Assembly (NCBI GenBank): GCA_964351855.1
Contig: CAYGQD010000008.1
Coordinates: 5,937-69,936, forward strand
Reading direction: 5' to 3'
DNA length: 64,000 bases
Source of the DNA: an uncultured Verrucomicrobiales bacterium
Lineage (GTDB): Bacteria > Verrucomicrobiota > Verrucomicrobiia > Verrucomicrobiales > DEV007
Shown here in pieces: positions 55,789 through 64,000 of this stretch; position 1 is the first letter of the stretch, and the number at the start of each line of letters is the position of its first letter. The position numbers and the translations under genes were made by a program. The notes beneath the pieces were generated by a model that was given only the letters and a program-made list of their open reading frames with translations, was not told the DNA's origin and ran no database searches.

Positions 55789-56691
55789 ATGACTCCCAGA
55801 AACCGCCTTGTTGTTTCAATCGCTGCTCTCTTCCTCATGAGTTTGAGTGCAGCCTCGGCCCAAATCGAAGAAGCCCAGAAACTTCGCGATCAAGCTCAGG
55901 CCTATTTCGAGGAAGAAAACTGGGCCGCCGCGATCGACACCTTCCTCAAAGCCTTCGACGAATCTCCCGGCACCTCCCAAGAATACCGGCTCGTCGCCGC
56001 GATGATGCTCTGGGAAGACCGAGCCGATGAGTCCGTCCTCTTGCTGAAAGAAGCCGAAAAAGAGCATCCCGACAATCTGGCAATCAAGGTCGATCTCGGA
56101 GTCGCCTACAACGCAACCGAGCAGTACGATCTGGCGGTGGAAACCTTCGAGCGACTCGAAATCCGCGTCGGGAAAACCAACCCCGATCTCATCAACGATG
56201 CCTTCTACTTCTCCTACGGCGCTGCCGCCGAACGCCTCAAGGACTACGAACTCGCGGAGACCAACTTCAAGAAAGCGATCGAAATGGTCCCCATTCAACT
56301 CCCGCAACGCGCCGCCATGCCGATGAACTATCTCGGCTACATGTGGGTGGAACAAAACCGCAATCTCGATGAAGCCGGTATCCTGATTGTCCAAGCGAAC
56401 AACCTGGCCCCCCAGTCCGGAGCTTATGCCGATAGCCTCGGTTGGTGGCACTTCAAAAAGAAGAATTATAAAGCCGCCCTCAGCGAGCTACTCCACGCCG
56501 TCGATCTGATGGACGGAGAGGAAGACCCCGTCGTTTACGATCACCTGGCGCAAACCTACTTCGCCATGGATCAAACCAAAAAAGCGATCGATTACCTCCA
56601 AAAAGCCGTCAAGCTGGACCCGGAAAACGAAGAGATCTCCCAGCGCCTGGAAGAGTACAGCAAGGACACCAAGCCGACGGACGCGCCATAG
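55789..56691 (+). CDS. secreted tetratricopeptide-repeat protein
   Basis: Signal peptide, then repeated 34-aa A/Y/L-patterned helical pairs (e.g. AIDYLQKAVKLDPENEE). Confidence 0.8.
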   Translation: MTPRNRLVVSIAALFLMSLSAASAQIEEAQKLRDQAQAYFEEENWAAAIDTFLKAFDESPGTSQEYRLVAAMMLWEDRADESVLLLKEAEKEHPDNLAIKVDLGVAYNATEQYDLAVETFERLEIRVGKTNPDLINDAFYFSYGAAAERLKDYELAETNFKKAIEMVPIQLPQRAAMPMNYLGYMWVEQNRNLDEAGILIVQANNLAPQSGAYADSLGWWHFKKKNYKAALSELLHAVDLMDGEEDPVVYDHLAQTYFAMDQTKKAIDYLQKAVKLDPENEEISQRLEEYSKDTKPTDAP

Positions 56692-56745
56692 TCAGAGGCA
56701 GCTACTCGGCAACGAACACCCTATCCTGGCAGGGTGCCGAATGAC

Positions 56746-57750
56746 TCAAATCAGGTCGCCGACGGCTGCTCCCCAGATTTGCCAGCTGAGACACCGGACG
56801 CTTCCGCCCATCAGCGCGACTCCGCCCATGGAAATGGGGATGATGGGGCGATCCGCGTGTTGGCGGTGGATGGCGAGGGCTTCTTCGTCCTGCGGTTTTC
56901 CGTAGGTGGGGACGTAGATGGCGTTGGGAGTGGTCATGCCGTTGACGTAGATTCCGGTGGCGTCGGCAAATCCTCGCCACTCCTTCTCAGACGGGGCCCA
57001 GGGCATGGTCACGAGCTTCACGCCGGGGAGAGAGGTCGTCAGCTCGGTCTTGATTTCGGCGGCGTAGTCGGCTTCGGCATAGGGATTGACGGCGAGGACG
57101 TCCGGAGAGAGCCATTTCACCATTCCGTCAGCGTGGCCGAGTAGGTCCCCTTCTTCCGGGATGACGGCGAGGGCTTTGACGCCGAGCGCTTTTTGAAACG
57201 CCGCGCGGCACGCTTCTTCGCTCAATTTGGGATAGTCTTTCAAGACGCGGGACGACACGACGGCACGGTCGCGAAAATTCTGGACCACGTTTCCTCCATC
57301 CACGTTCAAGTCGATGGATTGGACGGCAATGCCGCGTTCCGTCAGAAAGCCGATCGTTTGGTCCTGGATCTTGCTGGCTTGGCGGGCGCCGAGATGGCGG
57401 GGATGGTAGCGAAAGCGGACCAGTCCGTTGGGCGTCCAGACCGGGCTAGGATCGCGCATCCAGATGTCGTCAATGGCGGCTTCGATGACGTGCGCGGCAG
57501 GGACCTTTTTCGCGACTTCCTTCCGCGTTGCCGCATCCGCGATGACCAGGGCATGATCTCCCGGAGCGCTTCGCTCGATGAATTCCGCGTAAAAGGTGAG
57601 GAGCTCGGCGAAGAAGGGCCGGTAGTAGCGATCCTTGACCGATGGTGCGGCAAAGAGCACCGCCGTTTTCGTTTCCGCCGCTTGAGCGGTTCCGGCGGCG
57701 AGGGCGGCTGAACTGGAGGCGGCCAGGTTCATGAAGGTTCGTCGTTTCAC
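56746..57750 (-). CDS. agmatine deiminase / PAD_porph family guanidino-modifying enzyme with Tat signal
   Basis: RRTFMNLAASSSAALAAGTAQA twin-arginine leader. DDIWMRD, GHADGMV, YVNGMTTPNAIYVPTYG and C-terminal GGSVRCLSWQ (catalytic Cys) motifs. Confidence 0.75.
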   Translation of the reverse strand: MKRRTFMNLAASSSAALAAGTAQAAETKTAVLFAAPSVKDRYYRPFFAELLTFYAEFIERSAPGDHALVIADAATRKEVAKKVPAAHVIEAAIDDIWMRDPSPVWTPNGLVRFRYHPRHLGARQASKIQDQTIGFLTERGIAVQSIDLNVDGGNVVQNFRDRAVVSSRVLKDYPKLSEEACRAAFQKALGVKALAVIPEEGDLLGHADGMVKWLSPDVLAVNPYAEADYAAEIKTELTTSLPGVKLVTMPWAPSEKEWRGFADATGIYVNGMTTPNAIYVPTYGKPQDEEALAIHRQHADRPIIPISMGGVALMGGSVRCLSWQIWGAAVGDLI

Positions 57751-57758
57751 GTTGGATG

Positions 57759-59306
57759 CTAATAATTACCGGGAAGCGCGATGGGAACTTCCGTGGCTTT
57801 GAGTTGCTCGATGGGATGATCGCGGAAGAAGCGACGCAGGGAATTGACGGCTAGGCGTCGGCGTTTTTCGGCGTCGGCAAAGGCATCTGCCCTGACCTCG
57901 ACGTCGTCCAACATCTGTTCCGCGACTTTCTCGATTGTGGCCTCGTTCCAACTCTGGCCGAGCAGCGCCGTTTCGATGGCCTGACAGCGTTTCAAGGGCA
58001 GTTGCTGATCAAACCCGGCCAGGGCGATTCTTGCCAAACTGACGTTGTCCGCCTTGTCGAGTTCGATCTGGAATCCGGCTGCTCCAATGATGCAGGGGTT
58101 GGCCATGCCGTGACCGAAAACGTAGCACTGCTCGAAGCGACGCGCCTTCGTCGGTTTGGGAACCAGCAGGCTCTTCATCAGCTCGTTGGGACGCAGCCCA
58201 CTTTCGAACCGGGTGCGATAGAACGTCTCCAGGGCGACGTCGCGTTCGCCGTCATCGGTGGCAATCCGCACCCGCGCATTCGCGAGAAAGAGCGGAACGG
58301 CGACGATCGGCACCCGACCGCTTTCCAACAGGTGTTCCGCGATGGTCAGGCGATTGCGAAGGGGCCGCGATTCGACCTTGGTCACCGTTTTCGCGAGGTG
58401 AGGGAAGTCGCCTGCGAGCGTCTCTTGGAGCAGGGAGAGCGAATTTTCGGCGCCGATTTCCACCTCGCCATCGTGAACCAGAAAGAGGCGTAGTTCGGCG
58501 ATTCCGGTGGTCGTGATGAGGCAAGGGGCGCGCTCGCCCTTCGAATCCGTCCGGATCCAACTGAGGCCGCTGTGGATCACGACCGCGTTGCGATAATCCT
58601 GACGCAGGCGTTGGGTCTCCGCGAGGGTCGCGACCCGATAGAAGCGATCGCCCCGCGCATCGACGTAGCTGATCGGTTGAGGGAGGGCCGCGCCCCCTTG
58701 TAAACGACTCGACCACGTGTCCTGAAAGGGATCGACCGCCGCGCCTTGGTTGCGCCGCCGCAGCGGGTTGAAGCCATTTCCATCCAGGTGCGAGGTGGAG
58801 CGTTGCCGCAGTTCCGAAACTTCCGCGAAGAGCGTGTCTGCCGCTTGGGGTAAGCCGCGAAACCCGCCGAAGCGAAAGCTGAAGCCTTCGTAGCCTTCGA
58901 TAACGGAACGTGCAGAGTGGAGATCGTCGCGATAATAGGCTTCGAACAACGCGGCGGCCACGGCTCGTTTCGCTTCGATCGGAAGCGCGGGAGCATGCTG
59001 GTCGAGCAAGGCAAAGGCGCGATGCCCGGGGTCCGCGTTGAGCAGAAAATCTGCCGTCCAGAAGGTCCACCCGGCTGCCATGGGGAGCGGAATGTGGGCT
59101 GCCGGAACCATGCGATAGGCTCCTCGCCCGGCCGAGTTCACGTCGAACGCGAGGAGGACATCCGGACCGGCGTTTTCCGATCCGCGCGGCGCTTTGACAT
59201 CGCGAATTCCTGCCCGTTCCAGGTGATCGAGCAGCGAATCGTGACAGGAATCGCCCTCCACCCGTAAGGTGGCATCGTTCACCGTGAATTCGAACGAACC
59301 TTGCAT
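57759..59306 (-). CDS. XdhA-like (xanthine dehydrogenase small/FAD subunit-like) protein lacking Fe-S Cys ligands and FAD Gly motifs
   Basis: By eye it is collinear with XdhA/CoxM-type subunits (FYRVATLAE, IAELR, VEIGAE, RNRLTIAEHL, RPNELMKSLLVP, ARIALAGF...ALLGQSWNEAT). The Cys clusters, the GG(T/H) motif and the TIGGN motif are replaced. Confidence 0.45.
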   Translation of the reverse strand: MQGSFEFTVNDATLRVEGDSCHDSLLDHLERAGIRDVKAPRGSENAGPDVLLAFDVNSAGRGAYRMVPAAHIPLPMAAGWTFWTADFLLNADPGHRAFALLDQHAPALPIEAKRAVAAALFEAYYRDDLHSARSVIEGYEGFSFRFGGFRGLPQAADTLFAEVSELRQRSTSHLDGNGFNPLRRRNQGAAVDPFQDTWSSRLQGGAALPQPISYVDARGDRFYRVATLAETQRLRQDYRNAVVIHSGLSWIRTDSKGERAPCLITTTGIAELRLFLVHDGEVEIGAENSLSLLQETLAGDFPHLAKTVTKVESRPLRNRLTIAEHLLESGRVPIVAVPLFLANARVRIATDDGERDVALETFYRTRFESGLRPNELMKSLLVPKPTKARRFEQCYVFGHGMANPCIIGAAGFQIELDKADNVSLARIALAGFDQQLPLKRCQAIETALLGQSWNEATIEKVAEQMLDDVEVRADAFADAEKRRRLAVNSLRRFFRDHPIEQLKATEVPIALPGNY

Positions 59307-59345
59307 GAGGCGCAGTTTAGAAAGAGAACCCGGTTAGGACAAGCA

Positions 59346-60023
59346 TCATTCGCCGCGATCAGCGCGATGGCGATGCAGCCATTCCCGTGTGGCGTAGCGT
59401 GCTCCGGCCAATTCCGTGATTCGCTTCGTCAAGTCAACCGGCGGTTCGAAATCGTGAGGCGAATCCGCCAGTTGCTCGGCAAACACCTGCCATAATCCCT
59501 CCGGACAAGGCGCGAGCTGCAAACTGCCTTGGTGAAGCAACCCGAAACGCGAGCGCCGCTGGGCCGCGCCCGCGACTTTTCGCCCGTCAACCAGCAAATC
59601 GCCTTCCGCCCATCCGCCGGCGAAGCATCCTGAATCCGCCACGTCGGAAGCCGCTTCCGTCAATTGGGAGGCGATCCCGAAGTGCGCCAACGCCTCTCGC
59701 AGCGCTTCGTGAATCCGCCGGTAGCTGTCCTGCGCCCGCTCTTGGGCAAAGGCTTCGTGTCTCGGCACAATCATGCTGTAGGTTAGGTCCGCGCGATGAT
59801 CGACCAAGCCGCCGCCGGTCCAGCGTCGCACCACTTCCACCTCCGTTTCCGGCAAGTCTTGGAAGTAGCCGATCGAAATCGTGGGGCGAGCCCAGCCGTA
59901 AATCCGCAAGATCGCTGCATCCGGATTCGCGCGGAGCAAGGCCTCGTCCGCCGCCATGTTTTCAGGACCGCCGCGGAGGAGCGGGTCGCGCCAGATCGCC
60001 AGCCTCGAAACCAACGTCCCCAC
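59346..60023 (-). CDS. biotin/lipoate A/B protein ligase family protein (LplA/LipB/LipM-like catalytic domain only)
   Basis: 225 aa. GRKVAGAAQRR matches the conserved Lys-x-x-G-x-A-Q catalytic segment. No LplA C-terminal accessory domain. Confidence 0.7.
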   Translation of the reverse strand: MGTLVSRLAIWRDPLLRGGPENMAADEALLRANPDAAILRIYGWARPTISIGYFQDLPETEVEVVRRWTGGGLVDHRADLTYSMIVPRHEAFAQERAQDSYRRIHEALREALAHFGIASQLTEAASDVADSGCFAGGWAEGDLLVDGRKVAGAAQRRSRFGLLHQGSLQLAPCPEGLWQVFAEQLADSPHDFEPPVDLTKRITELAGARYATREWLHRHRADRGE

Positions 60024-60608
60024 TTACTGCAGCTTCCGAAAGATCAACGGTTTGCGCGTCTCCATGCTTTGCGGATTCGCTTCCAGGTAATCGAGAATCG
60101 CTTCCGGAGTGGCCGTCAGTCGCACGGTGGTGCCGTATTTCTGCTTTTCGATCTCGCCGACCAGAGTTCCATCTCCCACGGCTTCTTCGAATCTGTCCAT
60201 GTCCGGCATCCAGACGATTAAGTTCTGATATTCTCCGATCTGGTACTCCGCCAGATAGTATTCTTCGGGCAATTCACCCTCTTCTTCGAACCGGATGGAA
60301 AGGAACAAGCGCTCATCACGAGCCACCGCCGCGATTTCTCCGCGCTCCATTTGAAAGGCGTCTTCCTTGCGTTCGATATAGGCGATTTCTCCCTGCCCGG
60401 CTTCGGTAAACGCGAGCCGAAGCGAGCCATCTTCCGTAAACCAGGTTCCCTCCAGATCTTCTTGAAGATCTTCCGCCGTGGTCGCTGCCAGCGGCTCTTT
60501 CAGGAGAACACCACTACAACCGCTGAGCCAAAAAACGGCGGTGACGCTGAGGATCAAAATCGGTAATTTCATCGCCTTACCCATCGCCGCCGACCTCCCT
60601 TTCAGCAA
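60024..60608 (-). CDS. lipoprotein, hypothetical
   Basis: Lipobox LSGC after a hydrophobic leader. The likely true start is the ATG at 60572 (MKLPILILS..). Its stop abuts the downstream ligase-like gene start. Confidence 0.55.
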   Translation of the reverse strand: MLKGRSAAMGKAMKLPILILSVTAVFWLSGCSGVLLKEPLAATTAEDLQEDLEGTWFTEDGSLRLAFTEAGQGEIAYIERKEDAFQMERGEIAAVARDERLFLSIRFEEEGELPEEYYLAEYQIGEYQNLIVWMPDMDRFEEAVGDGTLVGEIEKQKYGTTVRLTATPEAILDYLEANPQSMETRKPLIFRKLQ

Positions 60609-60635
60609 CCCTTTTGCGACTCGCTTTCGGGCCGA

Positions 60636-62231
60636 TCACCCATTCGGCATGCCCGCGTGATGCATCGTCCGAACCTCCGATTCACTTAGGGCGCGATCCA
60701 GAATCACGAACTCGTCGATCCGCCCGTTCAGGCTGCGGATCACGTGCTCCTGGCGTTCTTCCGCTTGCCAGTTGCCGATCTCCGCCGCGCCAATCCGCAG
60801 GGGAGGGAGCTTGCCGACGTTTGATTGGCTGATCGCCTTCCCGTCGAGGAAGTGGGTGACGGTCTTGCTCTCCCGATCCACCGTCACCGCGAGATGAAGC
60901 CAGCGTCCCAAGTCGCGCGGATTGATCTTCGGCGGCGAGAAGTGGTTGAAAGGCATCGCCTCGCCGATTCCGAGGATGAGTTCGCCATCGTTGCTGATCT
61001 GCCAGTGTACTTCGCCCTCATCAAACCCGTCTGTCAGGAGCAGCGAACTGAGCCAGCGATCCAGCCCTTCGATCCGGACCCATGCCGCCAGTGTCAGCGA
61101 CTCGAACTCGCCCGGGACTTGAACTCGAACCCGGTCGGTGATGCGCTGAAACTCGAGCGCACCTTTCCCCGGCCAGCGCCCCTGGGTCCACTGCGCCCCG
61201 ATGATCGCGCCATTCGAGCCTGGTAGATGCCGATTCTCCAATTGCCGATCCCAGGCCGGTTGAGCTTCGAAGTCGAACAAAAGCACCGTCGCCGGATTTG
61301 CCTGCCACGCGTCGCGAGACTTCTGCCAGGATGCGTAACGCTGCTGCCAATCATCCTGCGCCAAGCGCAAGAGTTGCTCCCGATCAATGAACGCGGCTCC
61401 GTCTTCCGCCACCGCTTCGAGCACACCTCCATCCCGGCTGCGAATTCCGGTTCCCGCGCCGATCTCTTGCAATTCGCGGCCCTCGGCATCGTCCAGCCGC
61501 ACCAATCCAACAACCACAAGAACCTCCCTGCTGCCGTCGCTCCCCACGCTCAGGGCAAACTCCGTCCCCAAGTCGACTGCGTGGAAGTCCGGCGTCACGA
61601 TCGTAAATCCCTGAGCCGGTTCCGGGACGAAGGTCCGCAGCTTTCCGCTCTCACAGTTGACCCGCCAGGCACTTTCCAAGTCCAACTTTGCCGGCCCTTC
61701 GACGATCATCGTCGCTCCGCTGAAAAACTCGATCTGGGCCAGGCCGGAACGCAGGTGGAAGTCACCCTGCGGCAAAGAATCGCCCTGGACGTAAGCAGTC
61801 GCGAGCGCGTCCCACTCCGGATTCACCAGTCGGCTCAAGACCGCCACGCCACCATCGCCCAAAATGGGCTCTTCCCGATCCGAGGTCCGCAGCCCCCACA
61901 GCGCCACCAGGTTTAAGAGCAGAACGATCGCCGCCGCGGCCACGAATTGCCAAGCGGGTCGATTTCGAAACGGGGTCAGCAGATTCTTCGGCTGGGTCGA
62001 TGCCTGAGGCTCGGCGAAACGTCCCCAGTCCTCGATTTCGGTGATCGCTTCGCCGCCGTGTTCGTGAGTCAGCGCGGCGTGGGCCTCCATCAGGTTCAGG
62101 TAAACCTCACAGGCTTCGGGGTCGCCCTTGAGCCGGTCATTAAGCTCGCGCAGCTCGTCATCGGTCACCGTTCCATCGATCCAGGAGGAGGTCAGTTGGG
62201 CAACCCGTTCTTCGCGTTCGTTCCGGTTCAC
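60636..62231 (-). CDS. anti-sigma factor: N-terminal anti-sigma domain, TM, FecR domain, C-terminal LamG (concanavalin-like) domain
   Basis: 4-nt overlap with the ECF sigma gene. TM WQFVAAAAIVLLLNLVALW. FecR-like LRSGLAQIEFFSGATMIVEGPAKL. LamG-like LTLAAWVRIEG...LNGRIDEFVILDRALSESEV. Confidence 0.8.
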   Translation of the reverse strand: MNRNEREERVAQLTSSWIDGTVTDDELRELNDRLKGDPEACEVYLNLMEAHAALTHEHGGEAITEIEDWGRFAEPQASTQPKNLLTPFRNRPAWQFVAAAAIVLLLNLVALWGLRTSDREEPILGDGGVAVLSRLVNPEWDALATAYVQGDSLPQGDFHLRSGLAQIEFFSGATMIVEGPAKLDLESAWRVNCESGKLRTFVPEPAQGFTIVTPDFHAVDLGTEFALSVGSDGSREVLVVVGLVRLDDAEGRELQEIGAGTGIRSRDGGVLEAVAEDGAAFIDREQLLRLAQDDWQQRYASWQKSRDAWQANPATVLLFDFEAQPAWDRQLENRHLPGSNGAIIGAQWTQGRWPGKGALEFQRITDRVRVQVPGEFESLTLAAWVRIEGLDRWLSSLLLTDGFDEGEVHWQISNDGELILGIGEAMPFNHFSPPKINPRDLGRWLHLAVTVDRESKTVTHFLDGKAISQSNVGKLPPLRIGAAEIGNWQAEERQEHVIRSLNGRIDEFVILDRALSESEVRTMHHAGMPNG

Positions 62232-62749
62232 GCCGTCCCTCCTTTCGCGAGCGTTTGCTCCACGCAGTGTTGCAGGCTGGCGCGAATCCGGAAGAGCGCC
62301 TGAGAAATCGCTCCCTCGCTCTTGCCGTCATCGCTGGCGATTCCCTGGACGGAGGCGCCCGGATGATAACGACGCTCGATCAACTGTCGCTGCTTGTCCG
62401 GCAGTTTCGTCAGGCAACGGCGCAGGGCGGTGAGGCGCACATCGGCGGATTCCGCTCGTTGTTCCTGGCGTTCGCTCAGGTAATCGAACAGACTGTCGTC
62501 GAACACCAGCTTCTCGCGCTGTTGCTTGCGCCGATGGTTCAAGACATGGAAGTAGGCCACCCGGCAGGCCCAGGCGTTGAAATTCGTTCCCGGCTCGAAG
62601 TCCTCCGCCTTGCGCCAGAGCGTCAAGTTCGCCTCCTGGAGGATGTCTTGAGCCTTGGCGTAATCATGACAGAGCGACATGATGTAGCCGAAGACCGCCG
62701 TTTGCGCGCCGGTCAGCAGTTCAATGAATTCCTCGGTATCGCGGTTCAT
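62228..62749 (-). CDS. ECF-type RNA polymerase sigma-70 family factor
   Basis: ORF 62228..63151 trimmed to the ATG at 62749 (173 aa). Region 2 (DILQEANLTLWRK...FNAWACRVAYFHVLNHRR) and region 4 (LPDKQRQLIERRY..GASVQGIA). Confidence 0.85.
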   Translation of the reverse strand: MNRDTEEFIELLTGAQTAVFGYIMSLCHDYAKAQDILQEANLTLWRKAEDFEPGTNFNAWACRVAYFHVLNHRRKQQREKLVFDDSLFDYLSERQEQRAESADVRLTALRRCLTKLPDKQRQLIERRYHPGASVQGIASDDGKSEGAISQALFRIRASLQHCVEQTLAKGGTA

Positions 62750-62830
62750 GCGTGGTTGATCCCTCTTTCTCTTTACCGCATCCTGGTGGCCGATCTCACG
62801 AAAAACCTTTCCTCCCCCAAAATTACCCGC

Positions 62831-63121
62831 ATGAGCGACGACGAACCGGAGCCCGTCTCCATCCCCATCACCTCGGAGCTGGACCTCCACACCTTTCGCC
62901 CGAATGAGATCGGCGATCTCCTCCCGGAATACTTTCGGGAATGCCGCCAGCGCGGTCTGCTCCAGGTTCGCGTCATCCACGGAAAAGGCACCGGCACCTT
63001 GCGCGAGGGTGTGCACCGCTTGCTCGAGCGCCTTCCTGAAGTCGTCTCCTTTCGGCTCGGCGATGAGACCAGTGGAAGCTGGGGCGCGACCCGCGTCACC
63101 CTGCGTCCCATGGAAGATTGA
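62831..63121 (+). CDS. stand-alone Smr domain protein
   Basis: 96 aa from the ATG at 62831, at the end of listed ORF 62255..63121. LDLHTFRPNE and VIHGKGTGTLR motifs of Smr/MutS2 C-terminal domains. Confidence 0.75.
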   Translation: MSDDEPEPVSIPITSELDLHTFRPNEIGDLLPEYFRECRQRGLLQVRVIHGKGTGTLREGVHRLLERLPEVVSFRLGDETSGSWGATRVTLRPMED

Positions 63122-63213
63122 TGCGGCAAATTCGCCGTGGTGAGAAACCACTCGCCATTTCCAGGGTTTGCCTCTTACTGTGCGGATCGGAACTTTAGCG
63201 ATCTCCCTAGCTT

Positions 63214-64000
63214 ATGATCTTTAACATCCTCAAGCAGCGCCTCGCACCTCTTCTCGAAGCCGAGCGGACTCTCCAGCGACATCGTTACACCGCGCTAGCC
63301 ATCGCGATCACCTGCTTGCTCGGACTGGGGCTTTGGATGGCGAACCGCCTCACCGGCTTTGGAAGTTCGGGTCTGGTTCTCCTCTGGGTCGTGGCTTCCC
63401 TGGTTTTCCTCTTTGCGATGTGGAACTGGCTGGGACGGCGCGAAGTTGATCTGCGAAAGGTCGCCCGCGCCATGGAAGACCGCTTTCCGGAGCTGGATGG
63501 CCGTTTGATCACTGCGGTGGAAGTCGCCGCTGCCGGAAACGAAGAATCTCCCGGTTACCTGGAAGAACGCGTCATCGTGGAAGCCGTGGATCACTCCGTC
63601 CATCACTTCTGGGATCGAGATTACCGGCGGAAACAGCGAGTCTGGGCCAGTGCGTTTCAGACCATGTCGTTGATCGCCTTTGCCCTCGTCGCGCTTCTGC
63701 TCCTTTCTCTTCCTTCCGCCGTCCGTGACATTGCCTCGAACGAGGCTCCTACCGATGCCCTCCTCAGCGCGGAGATCGAACTTCACCCCGGCGATACCGA
63801 AGTCGAAAAAGGCTCGAAGCTCGTGGTCGAGGCCCGCTTCACCGGCACGGTCCCGAATGACGCCAGCCTGGAACTCCTCTCTCCCACCACCGGCGAGGTC
63901 ATGGACCGCCTGGAGATGCGGCGAAATCTGGACGACCCGGTCTTCGGCACCGTCGTCCCCCGCATCAATGAGCCCGTTCAATACCGGGTCCGCTTTGCCG
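63214..64000 (+). CDS. membrane protein, 3' partial (not in ORF track because no stop lies inside the window)
   Basis: My own translation from the ATG at 63214 is open to base 64000. It reads MIFNILKQRL..., with two TM helices (YTALAIAITCLLGLGLWMA; LVLLWVVASLVFLFAMW) and a third (MSLIAFALVALLLLSL). The minus-strand ORFs 63285..63981 are shadows. Confidence 0.6.
   Translation, partial: MIFNILKQRLAPLLEAERTLQRHRYTALAIAITCLLGLGLWMANRLTGFGSSGLVLLWVVASLVFLFAMWNWLGRREVDLRKVARAMEDRFPELDGRLITAVEVAAAGNEESPGYLEERVIVEAVDHSVHHFWDRDYRRKQRVWASAFQTMSLIAFALVALLLLSLPSAVRDIASNEAPTDALLSAEIELHPGDTEVEKGSKLVVEARFTGTVPNDASLELLSPTTGEVMDRLEMRRNLDDPVFGTVVPRINEPVQYRVRFA

Noticed and set aside
56692-56745. Hairpin caccct-atcctggc-agggtg between the convergent TPR and deiminase genes
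   Set aside because: It is a 6-bp stem without a flanking U-tract on either strand, too weak to annotate as a terminator.
62750-63151. N-terminal 134-aa extension of the ECF sigma ORF (62228..63151), and the first 192 codons of ORF 62255..63121
   Set aside because: The sigma-70 region 2 begins right after the ATG at 62749. The extension is antisense to a well-formed Smr gene (62831..63121). Likewise only the last 96 codons of the plus ORF look like a real protein.

Overview
This is a densely coding 64-kb chromosomal window of about 65 genes. Its gene content points to the PVC superphylum, most likely Verrucomicrobiota: a DUF1549/DUF1553 + DUF1501 pair, a PVC-type CxxCH/HEAT 'membrane-bound dehydrogenase' protein, Cys-type sulfatases, an ECF sigma/FecR-LamG pair and several prepilin-like proteins. 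That taxonomic call is inference only. Housekeeping blocks are sdhCAB (5.2-8.6 kb), lpxA-radC-polyprenyl synthase (20.6-23.2 kb), a macAB-like efflux pump, a tandem M16 peptidase, sucC/sucD/citrate synthase (35.2-39.2 kb) and one tRNA-Arg(TCT). The largest accessory unit is an 11.5-kb type IV pilus-like cluster. It holds pilT, PilM/N/O(P)-like genes, pilC, one major and three minor pilins, a long PilB-like ATPase, a receiver protein and a divergent secretin. It looks less GC-rich than its flanks and pivots on an extremely AT-rich 307-bp divergent control region. Other points for follow-up: (1) an ECF-sigma-headed co-directional gene string ending in a cofactor-motif-less XdhA-like protein and a Tat-signal agmatine-deiminase-family enzyme; (2) a 1266-aa sulfatase-GH2 fusion inside a sulfatase locus; (3) a QueD/PTPS-family gene plus an unlisted 49-codon ORF wedged between sucC and sucD; (4) a perfect 24-bp inverted repeat in a divergent promoter region; (5) short tandem repeats in two intergenic regions. 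I saw no CRISPR array, transposase, integrase or rRNA. All homology statements come from motif recognition by eye, not from database searches.
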